NCBI GenBank assembly: GCA_016906335.1
Contig: JADEYG010000001.1
Location: 1,116,001-1,180,000, forward strand
DNA length: 64,000 bases
Direction of reading: 5' to 3'
Source: Novakomyces olei
Lineage: Eukaryota
Below, piece by piece: positions 36,818-46,828 of the stretch. Position 1 is the stretch's first letter. Each line of letters starts with the position of its first letter. Both the position numbers and the translations under genes were made by a program. The notes below the pieces were generated by a model, which saw only the letters and a program-made list of their open reading frames with translations, was not told the origin of the DNA and ran no database searches.

Positions 36818-38260
36818 TCATTCTGGTAAGGCCAGTCTTTCCCTTGAACGATTACTTGCTGGCTCCTTTAGCGGGACATTTATACCCTGTAGCTGATCAA
36901 TACTGGGTTGCTGCGCCTGTTTTGAAGCAGGCGTTTCCTTGGCAGATTCCGGTTCGCTTTGCTGTCTCAGACTTTCCAACTCCTTCTCTAATTCGTCGTC
37001 TTCCTCAGCAACGGCTTGACTATTGCCTTGTTGAATTGCCTGCGTAATCTCGTCACTGGCATCAACATTTTCTCGAACTTCGTCCATAATCGAATGGACG
37101 CGATCGGCCCCACCAAACTTGTCTAATGTACCAGCGAGAACCTTCGAACCAGACTTGAAGACGTCCAAGTACGTTTGGTTAGATATAGCGGTGTCTATGG
37201 AACTTAGCAGCTGTTCCAGTTGCTGCGTACAATCAACGCGATGACGCCATGAAATCTCGAGCATTTTTCGACTTTTGAGCTCCCGCTTTGCTCTATCGGC
37301 GAATCCATTTGCCACAAGGTTCTTTATTTTCACGGTAGATTCAGCAATTTGAGCTTCCATTTTATCAATGTCTCTCTGGCCTTGACTCAGTGTCTCCCTC
37401 ATTCGTGAAATTTCGCGTTCCGTCTCTGTGAGCGATTTTTCCGCCGAATTTGCAGGTTTGCGGAAGCGCAGATACTATTATTAGTGTCGCTGTACACATA
37501 GAATTAGAGTATTATTCACAATATGAATAACAAATTCGGCTATATTAAATAAATCAAATAAACCAGACGCGCAAGACTCACCTGTCCGTCGCAGCATACT
37601 TCGCCAGAGATTTCCAAGTGCTTTAGTATTATACGCATATCCAATTGCGACAGCGCGGGCGAATATTCGCTTCTGAATTCAGCGTAAAAATGTTCAAATG
37701 TATACAAGCAGGAAACCCCGCCCATAAACCGTGAGCTTACTGCCTCTTTGACACGCCTGGCGACAATATTTACATTATCAAGGGCAATAATCTGCTTGTT
37801 TGGCCATACATTACGCACAGCGCCTCCGCCAGAAGACAGGCCAATAGCAGAAAAGGCTCTTGAAAAAGCGTCCAGCCACGAGCTTTCTCCCTGCTGTTTA
37901 AAGAAATCATCCTGTACAATGAAATTTCCGTTCTGAATTCCAGCATTCTGCAAAACAAAGAGTTAGTCTGCGTAATTATTGTAATTCCCTTACAACAGCG
38001 GTAGCCAGGGCTAAAGGCGATCCGTAACCTTCAACAGCAAATTTCGAGGCAAGACTGGAATCTGCCTGAAAGGCCAACAAATGATTCGACAAGTAGTGTG
38101 GAGAGTCTAATAGGCATCTGCTAATCGCAGAGACCCATGCTCGTTCGTTAGCGACATAGCCCTCCGGATTGGACTCGTATAGTTTCCCAAAATCAGAAAA
38201 TAAGGATTGCAGCCGGGAGTGCGAGAACCCGCGATAATGCAGCAATTGGTCCTCATCCAT
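36818..38260 (-). CDS. CMP7: CHMP7/Cmp7 ESCRT-II/III hybrid protein; 2 introns
   Basis: N-terminal RLQSLFSDF..NPEGYVANERAW typical of CHMP7; C-terminal Snf7 domain (LEQLLSSIDTAISN, DRVHSIMDEV, DDELEKELESL). Confidence 0.83.
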
Positions 38261-38427
38261 TACTGCCAAACAATGCCACTCTCCTTGCCACCGTCATCTT
38301 CCATACAATGCTGGCGTATACGCATAGGCGAATGGAGCATACTGTAATGTTACACGTAGCAGAGGTCAAGTATACGATCGAATGTATCGGTTATATATAA
38401 AAATAATGTATAAATGTGTAAAAATCG

Positions 38428-38456
38428 TCTCTTATCTGATTCATCTCTTATCTGAT
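38428..38456 (-). promoter_or_regulatory. Tandem ATCAGATAA extended GATA sites
   Basis: 13-bp direct repeat TCTCTTATCTGAT twice; the minus strand reads ATCAGATAA, matching the ATCWGATAA consensus. Confidence 0.45.
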
Positions 38457-39003
38457 CTGCCGGACACGACGCCGGCAGCAACGTCGTATCACAGTATTGT
38501 AAAGGCCGACAGACGACAAAGTAGGCAATACTTTGACCCACTGATGTCGAGTGCCTTACTTTAAAATTGGAATTAGCTGTTGATGAGGTGTATATTATAT
38601 GTGTATATTATATGTATATTCTCTATTCTGTCCTATGTCAACACTTTATTGGCCAATCACCAGTTACGTCCATGGTTGTTTGGTAACTACGGAAAGTAAA
38701 GAGTAGCGTGAAGAATGTACGATCGCTCTCAGAAATCGTCATAGAGCTGCTTTTATTGAATTTACAATTTTTACTATACTTAAGCGCTTGCATTATCTAA
38801 TTGTAGAGAATAGACAGTTCAACTGCCGAGAACAAATTGAGCATCAAACAACAGGAGCACGTCATCGTTGGAAGTCAAACTTGGATATTGACCTGTATCA
38901 ATCGATTAAACCTTTGGTATGCCTACTTTGTATATACGCGTTCTACTTCAAACATGGCCTGCACGGCTGGTTTCTAAACTATTTTTTTCAATATGCATTC
39001 GTT

Positions 39004-39819
39004 TTAGTCAGTAGAGTTCCGTTCACGGTCCAATGCAGCATCAAAATCCTTCTGCGTCATCCCCGTTGATGGCTCACGTCGTGTATACGTAATCGGAGCA
39101 TTGCTGCTATCGTCGTTTTGACTATCACTAAACAGACTAGAGTCTCCTTGATTGGCTGGAGCAGCTGTCCGCGGGTTGGACCCTCGAGATCTAATACTGT
39201 CCCACACAGATTTGGTACCGGAACTGTTTTGTGTACGCAATTTAGCCCAAACATCGCCCGATGCCTTGGCTCCGTCATCGTTCTCCTCACCGGCAAAGGT
39301 ATAAGCAGAATCACCCGAATCTGCAAGACTGGCTCCACTCTTCTCTGAAGAAGCATACAAATCGTCTTTAGACACAGAGTCCTTTGAAATCATATCGTTT
39401 GCATCGACGTGACCCCCTTTAGCCTGAGCGTCCTGTTTACGGTGAATGTCATCGATCTGCTTCTTTAAAGGCTCCGGTATCGGTTGACCGTTCATTTCCG
39501 CTCGGCGCTCAATCATGGCCGCTTGAACTTGCTTCATGAGATCGGCTCCGCCTGGAGCAGATTGTATGTATGACGCAGCCCGAAACGCGCCAATAGTAGC
39601 GCCAATGCCACTGCCAAATATCCCGGCAACCGTAGCGATAGTAAAACCCTGAACAGGCGGTAGTCGTCTCCGGTATATATAATAGCAAGCAGGGAAAATA
39701 GAGCCCAGAGTACAAAACGCCAAAGTGTTTGACTCCAGTTGTTCTGCCCGCAAAATCAATTTCATTTGCTCTGGCGTTAATGAGCGCTTCAAGCGCTCAT
39801 CGCCGAACGACGAACTCAT
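39004..39819 (-). CDS. Uncharacterised membrane protein (two N-terminal hydrophobic segments, hydrophilic tail)
   Basis: Intronless ORF of about 270 aa; WAKLR/WDSIR motifs and terminal QKDFDAALDRER. Confidence 0.75.
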   Translation of the reverse strand: MSSSFGDERLKRSLTPEQMKLILRAEQLESNTLAFCTLGSIFPACYYIYRRRLPPVQGFTIATVAGIFGSGIGATIGAFRAASYIQSAPGGADLMKQVQAAMIERRAEMNGQPIPEPLKKQIDDIHRKQDAQAKGGHVDANDMISKDSVSKDDLYASSEKSGASLADSGDSAYTFAGEENDDGAKASGDVWAKLRTQNSSGTKSVWDSIRSRGSNPRTAAPANQGDSSLFSDSQNDDSSNAPITYTRREPSTGMTQKDFDAALDRERNSTD

Positions 39820-39885
39820 TTTTGTAGTCAAAGTGCCGGCGAACCTGGATCTGCAATGATATAATCACTATTTGAAGCATATTCT

Positions 39886-39998
39886 ATAATATAATATAAT
39901 ATAATATAATATAATATAATATAATAATATAATATAATATAATATAATATAATATAATATAATATAATATAATATAATATAATATAATATAATATAAT
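39886..39998. repeat. (ATAAT)n microsatellite, about 22 units, in a divergent promoter
   Basis: Direct observation. Confidence 0.97.
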
Positions 39999-40081
39999 TC
40001 GCAGAACGTTTATATTATGATATTTATACTATTTCATAAGTGAGACGATCATGAACATGTGAATTGCTATGACTGAAATGA

Positions 40082-43000
40082 ATGGCGGCCAACGAACTTG
40101 GGATTGTTAAAATCATAGTCTATGAAACTCGACAAGTACGGATTTATTATTCTTTTATTTATTTTCCAATTTGTCACTTTTTCTTTTTGCTAACGCCTCA
40201 AAGTTCTTTTATCTGGTCGGTCAAGAGCGCAATCGTCAAGTGCACAGGATCTTGAAAGTCGATCGCACTGTTCCGGGCGAGCTTGTACTGACGCAAGATG
40301 GCCGCGAGTATAATTATAAAGAGATCAATAACATAATAGCGTCTTTGCGCGATGGAAATCAGCACACTGGGGGCATCACAAAGGAGCTAGTATGCTGGGG
40401 ATTGTTAGGTATGGAGTCTTGAGGAAACAATACGGCAGAGTTGCTGAGCCAGATTTGCATTTAACATAATTAAATGAAAATCCAAACGAATTGGCTAACA
40501 CGAGAAAGGGTTTATAAAATTCAGTTTGGGATATTATATGCTTCTTGTGACGAAACGTGGAGCCGTTGCTACACTAGGTGGCCATTTTGTTTATCACGTG
40601 GACGGCACTGCTCTTGTTCCTATTGATCCGCCTAGTGTGTACAAGAAATCTCCTATGCGCAATGAAGAAGCCGCGCGTCTTGCTGTATTCTATAATCTTG
40701 ATCTCACAAAGACATTTTATTTCAGTTACCATTACAATCTCACAAAGCCGCTTCAAGAAAATTACCAGGACATGCTTAACGGCAAAGTTTACTCCTCTTT
40801 CTATGATCAATTTGATGATACATACGTATGGAACTATTACCTGCTGCAAGAGCCTCTGCGAACATGTCCTAGAACTCGCAATTGGTTCCTGACTATTATT
40901 CATGGATTTATTGATCAAGCCAGTATGCTTCTTGTTAAAAGCTAATTTGCTTACTCTCCAGATATATCGGTCGTTGGCAAGTCTGTTTATGTTACATTAA
41001 TTGCCCGTCGAAGCAGATTTCATGCAGGTGCGAGATACCTGAAACGGGGCACGGATTCAGAGGTAAATGATGGTACTGACTTGTTCTATTGTACACGTTT
41101 GACCTAATAACATTTGTCACATTTTATATTTTAAATTTAAATTTACTTTCTTTTAAGTATATTTGATTCTAGGTAATTTTTGTTGCCACAGCTCTTCTTA
41201 TTCAGTTGTATTTCATGTACTACGGCGATGCGAATAGGCCTCTTTTCGACAGAATTATTTCCCATATCTTACCATACATCCTAACACCTACAGGGCCACG
41301 TGGCAAACGCAGTTCAAACGGAACAAGTGGTATCGGACGAAATAACTACACCCTTTTTTTGCGCGGACTCTTCTCTAGGTCGCAATTACACATCATACGT
41401 CCAGTACCGAGGTTCTATACCTGTTTATTGGTCACAAGAATCGAGCAATATCTCACCCAAGCCAATGATTGAACTCGGATTCAGAGATCCGTTTTTCGTT
41501 CAAGCAGCTCGTCATTTTGATAGACTGTTCAATCGGTTTGGGACACCTGTAATTGCTCTTAATCTCGTCAAACAAAAAGAGAAAACTCCTCGAGAGCAAA
41601 TTTTGTTTAAAGAGTATAGTGAGTGCATCGAATACCTTAATCAGCATTTACCCGAGGGTCATAAGATTCATTACTACGCATGGGACATGGCAAGAGCAAG
41701 TAAAAGGTATTTAAAAACTTAAGCATTGTAATACGTAAACCCTAACCCAAATAGTCGCTCTTTGGAAGTCATTGACAGTTTGGAAAATATGGCGGCCAAA
41801 TTCATGGATGAAACGGGGTTTTTCCACATGACGCAAGAATATCTATCTTCACGCAAACGAAACCTTGAGCTTCATTGGCAACATGGAATAGTGCGGACAA
41901 ATTGTATCGACTGTTTAGATCGTACTAATGCTGCTCAATTCGTTGTTGGAAAAAAGGCTCTTGCCCTACAATTGAGAGCTCTAGGGGTTATAAACGAAGC
42001 AAACCTTCCTTACGATTCTGATGCGGTGAATTTGCTAACGGAGATGTATCACGATCACGGCGACACGATTGCTTTGCAATATGGAGGATCTCATCTTGTT
42101 AATACACTCGAGTCATACCGGAAAATTAATCAGGTACGCTCGTCACGAAATTTTTGCAATTGGTGATTTTTGCGGAATACAGCAAACATCGTTTGGTTTG
42201 ATATTGATGCTATGCTATACATTTTACAGAGCTTTGGCGTCCGTGTCTGCTTTTGTTTAAATTTTGTTTAAATTTTGTTTAAATTTTGTTTAAATTTTAG
42301 TTTTGCTTTATTTTATCGGTATAATGTTTTGCTGTTGTATCTCATAATTTTATGTTTTTATGAATATATTGCTTACAGACCAGTGGAGGAGTCATTCACG
42401 TGATTTAGTTGAGAGTATTCGTCGATTCTACAGCAATTCTTTTGTTGACGCACAGAGACAGGAAGCAGTTGATGTATTCTTAGGCAATACACCAAATTCA
42501 ATGCCCAAGCCAGATGAATCGCATTTGTTCGATGGAGCAATAATTAAAGACAAATTCAATAAGACTGAATCCAAGGCTGTGAGATATCAGCATTGGTATA
42601 CAGATGCCTACATACAAAAAAACCTGGATTCGAGCCGGTACTCGTTGGATCAGTTACCTGCTTATCAAACGAGCATATGGTGGAACGAAACCTATAGGCC
42701 TTTTGCGCTTTCAACGATTGGAAAATGCTTTTCAATGACAATTAACTCTACATTACGCTATCTCCCCTTTCAGGAGAAAGGCAATATAGTCGAGAGCCCA
42801 TTTGTTCGACGGGACACAACTTTTAAAAAGGCAAAGTCTAGTGCGACGGAAGCTATAGAGGCTAAAGGATCTATGCGGGAAAAAGCACACAAATCGAAAA
42901 GCTCAATTAGCAGCTGGATTGGATTTAAAAAGCCGCAAAAGTTCCGTGCTTTATCCGTGCGTCGCACCGTTTCCCAGCCCAGCCTGGGTAAGCAGAAAGA

Positions 43001-43484
43001 CGGGGCTCGTGACTCTATTTCATCCAAAGCATACGAAGGAAAAGATTTCAATTTTCCCAAAGCCGAGGGGTCTCAAACGTACGCATCAAACAGACTCAAG
43101 CTCAGTATCTCTGATGTATTTGACGAATCAGAAAATTTCAAAGTAGACGTGGACAAGAGCGAAATGGACGAATACACAAGGTATTTGGAGCACCCCACTT
43201 TACTGTCAGTACCGGTGGATAAAAAATTGGTTCATATTTCAGAGTATGTGCCTCTCGTTGAAAATTGGGCCAGTACGACGAATAGAAGCAATTTAAATCC
43301 GAAAGATCTGAATTTTTATGAAAAATATATTGGATCTAGCGATTTAGAGGACTCAAAGCGCCCACAGGATGATCTACAGAGACGAAAATCGGCAGCATTT
43401 AAGCATTGGATCGAGGGCAAAGGGTACGTCATTCGGCGGAGTGGGCCAAGCACCCATGATTCTGTTGCGTACATGTTTCCGTAG
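40082..43484 (+). CDS. FIG4: SAC-domain PI(3,5)P2 5-phosphatase Fig4; 6 introns
   Basis: [50 protein letters not shown], catalytic [30 protein letters not shown]. Confidence 0.93.
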
Positions 43485-43858
43485 CTGCATATAATAATTG
43501 CTATGTATATAAATCTATATATTAAATTATATAAAATAATATATTTAAGTAAGGCTATATGCATTTATTTGGCAAAGAATAATACTTTAGTCAATTCATA
43601 CGCCCACTATGATATAAGAATGAGTTTGAATACGTAGGTATATTGGAGTCAAGGAGATGAATATACATAGTCATGACACAAGCAATGCAACTGCAGTACT
43701 AAACAGGGGTGCAAAAAAAGCAAAAAAAATACCGGTAACAAAAAATATCTGCATATAATCTGGTACAGACATGGCAAATTAGTCTAAATCTACAATTCAA
43801 GCAAATGCTCCTACCAGGCTACAAATTTTCAATTCTTATAGTGTAATCGTTATTCCAT

Positions 43859-44632
43859 TTAGACAGATGCTAGTGGAGTGGGCTCCTTCCACTCTTTGCT
43901 GCCCACTTTGGCACCGGTATCTTCGCCAGCACCACCGTGGAGTTCAAGAAGCTTTTGCACGTCGTACTTGGGAGACTTCAAGATCTTAAGTTTGCGTACG
44001 TAAACGTTCTGTAGCGGGTAAATGCCGCTAGTGCTCTTGGTGATCTCCCGGCCAATGACCTCGGGAATCAATTTAGCCATCAGCTCCTTGAGTGAGCACG
44101 AAGATGCCTCGCGCTGAATAATATCAAACATCTTTTTACGAATAGCACGGATCTGCGAGCTTTGAGCGTACGTCGTCTTCTTGACCTGATTCAAACGGCG
44201 GCGAGTGAATGCAATTACAAAGATGCGGACCAGATATCCGTCCGTAGTCTTGATGGCCAAATCAGCCTCAATAAGAGATTGCCATTTGCGAACAAGAGAA
44301 CGCAACTTGTCATTCGTCATGTTGTATCCGTGGAAGTTGGTGAGAGCCTGCTTGCCTTGGATCTCATCAATGCGGAGCGTTACTTTGCGGAAAGCATGCT
44401 CCTCATCCTTTTGCAAGTCAGCCAACGAGGCCTCAACGACACGACCTTTAAGATAGTCGTTCGCGTTCTTGAGACCCGAAGTGCGGTTCACCAATGTCTT
44501 TCCGACATTCCTCTCCTCGAACAAGGCGGGTGCCTTAATGTCGTACCAGTCTTTGCGAGTAAAGGGGTCCACCACACGCTTCTTGATGCCCTTCTTGCCT
44601 TTCGACAGGCGCTTATTCTTGCCGACGGCCAT
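43859..44632 (-). CDS. RPS1: 40S ribosomal protein eS1 (S1/S3a), intronless
   Basis: [29 protein letters not shown]; full-length eS1. Confidence 0.99.
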   Translation of the reverse strand: MAVGKNKRLSKGKKGIKKRVVDPFTRKDWYDIKAPALFEERNVGKTLVNRTSGLKNANDYLKGRVVEASLADLQKDEEHAFRKVTLRIDEIQGKQALTNFHGYNMTNDKLRSLVRKWQSLIEADLAIKTTDGYLVRIFVIAFTRRRLNQVKKTTYAQSSQIRAIRKKMFDIIQREASSCSLKELMAKLIPEVIGREITKSTSGIYPLQNVYVRKLKILKSPKYDVQKLLELHGGAGEDTGAKVGSKEWKEPTPLASV

Positions 44633-44702
44633 ACTGTGTTTGCTCTTGTGAACTGTCGATGTTTGTGTATAATATTTCAGGCAATGGTAAACGTAGTCAT
44701 GC

Positions 44703-44728
44703 GTAGGGTTAGCGTGAACCCTACCCTA
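44703..44728. promoter_or_regulatory. Homol-E box (ACCCTACCCT) plus inverted telobox in the RPS1 promoter
   Basis: ACCCTACCCT at 44718-44727; GTAGGGTT-n6-AACCCTAC inverted repeat. Confidence 0.72.
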
Positions 44729-45179
44729 GACTTTTGGCTATTGTATTACTTAATTATATTCTGCACTTTTTATTGTGAAGGGTATGCTATACATTGCTTG
44801 AATGATATTTAAGTATATTTAGCGGGAATGTGCGACAATAAATTTAATAATGAGTATATTAACTAAGTATCAATTTATGGGAGTACTCTCTCTCATGATC
44901 AAGATTCTATCGCAGTATTAATTGGGAAATAATTGGGAAATTGGAAGATTGGATAGACAAAAATGCCAGCCAAGAATAAAACTGAAATTTAATGTCAAAT
45001 ATAGTTCAAGTAATATTACGCCTTATCGGCTGTAAGAACGCAGAGTCACGTGCGAAAACGAGTCGGCAAATGTAGATGGCATTTTGACTTTGTACTGCAA
45101 GTTTGGTCGTGTGTGCGTTAAAAAGTATAGATGGATTGACAGTTTAATTTGCTTTTAAAATGTCCAAAGCAGTAAAGCA

Positions 45180-46315
45180 ATGACTCCTTTCCCCCACGAT
45201 AATTCTGCTTTGCCTGCTACTTGGATTCTCGGCGTTGGCAATATCGGGTGTATGGTTGCGGCCGCGTTAAAAGTGCGCAGGTTCAATGTCGGCCTTGTTT
45301 TTCGAGACGATCGAGCATTGGCCCATTTTAAGCATCGCGGAACTATAACTGTCGAGCATCAGTATAAAACGGAGGGGTTTACTGCTACAATTCCTTCGCA
45401 GCACGGGACCGTGATGAAGCAGCTAATCATAGCAACCAAAGTATACTTTTGGAGATTATTTAGATTTCTGGCTTTGTTTTTTTTGCTTTGCTATTTTTAC
45501 ACTACTTTATTTCAGTTATGCCTAAATCTTGATTCTAAAACTAACCAACTTTGGCCTATCAAACTGAACAAGCCTTGGTACCTTTGTTGCGCTTTCTAAA
45601 CGGCCAATCGGAAATACTGTTGCTGCAGAACGGCGGTGGGATCTATGAGCGAGTTTTATCGCTTTTCTCTCCTGACAATATGCCAAAGATATGGCTCGGC
45701 GTTACCACGCACGGAGTCAATGGAGAAAACCTTGAACCCTTTACTGTTCGTCGTGTGGGCGATGGGACTCTTAAATTAGGATTTAATCCAGCAAGTTTGC
45801 CACCAGCGACAGCTGAAAATGACGACAAACTGATGCAACGATTACAAATGACCGATTTGAAAGCTGTAGAGTTACCGTGGGACCAACTGCTGGCTGTACA
45901 TTTGGAAAAAGTATGTATTAATTGTGCAATAAACCCATTAAGTGCGCTCTACGACTGCCAGAATGGTCGCATTTGTGAAGATTATTTAAGTGAAGCAAGT
46001 CATATTTTGGAGGAGAGCAGAACTGTTGCAGTCGCCTATATAAATCACGGCAAAAAAGCTCGAAATGCACATGCATTTAGCCAGCAAGGGGCGGACACGT
46101 TGAGCTCAAAGGCCAATCTGCAAGCAAGATTGATAGCCGTTTGCCATCTCACAGCCAATAATAATAGTTCGATGCTTCAGGACGTGCGTGCAAGGAGACC
46201 TACAGAAATAGATTTCATTAACGGGTTTATTGTGGAGCAAGGCCGGCGGTTTGGTATTGATACACCTTTTAACTTGAAAATGGTGCAATCGATTAAAAAG
46301 AAAACCGATGCATAG
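45180..46315 (+). CDS. PAN5: 2-dehydropantoate 2-reductase (ApbA/PanE family); intron 45441-45553 lacks an AG acceptor
   Basis: LGVGNIG, IIATK|AYQT, LLLQNG, GVTTHG, EKVCINCAINPLSAL, NNNSSMLQDV..RPTEIDFINGFIV. Confidence 0.85.
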
Positions 46316-46828
46316 AGGCTGACGCGTTTGTCTAAAACAAAACTGATTCCCTATGAAGACTTGCAAATAAATAAATAAATAAGTAAATAGATAGATTGAT
46401 TGATTGATTGATTTACTAATTACATACAATTTAACTCATAGAAATATGAGTTCAGGCATCTAAAGATAAGAACAGTTTTGGTCAAGAGTTTTTTATGTTA
46501 AACAAAAAAGTTTGAAATAAAACCGATCTTAAAGATGAAACGCTTCAATTTACTAGAAGCAAAGTATAGACATTTTCTTTCAGGCTTTTGAGTTTTGGCG
46601 TTTCAATCGAGAGAATAAAAACATTCATGTAAGCCTATTCATATCGGCCAAATGAAACTAGATAAGGGGCCCGTGTGCGTATGTGTACAAACCATCTTTT
46701 ATTCAATAACGGGTAAAAAGTACACTGTGCGGATTATACAGCAATTTTGTCGCAAATAATATTTTATACAATATTTAATGCTTTTAGAGTTAAAGTTCGT
46801 TTTGAGTAGCAGCCAACTTGCACGCAAA

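Noticed and set aside
38495-38510. U5 snRNA loop-like GCCTTTAC on the minus strand
   Set aside because: One U short of the invariant loop and no closing stem.
44162-44812. 216-aa ORF antisense to RPS1
   Set aside because: Typical shadow of a codon-biased gene; TTG start and no recognisable domain.
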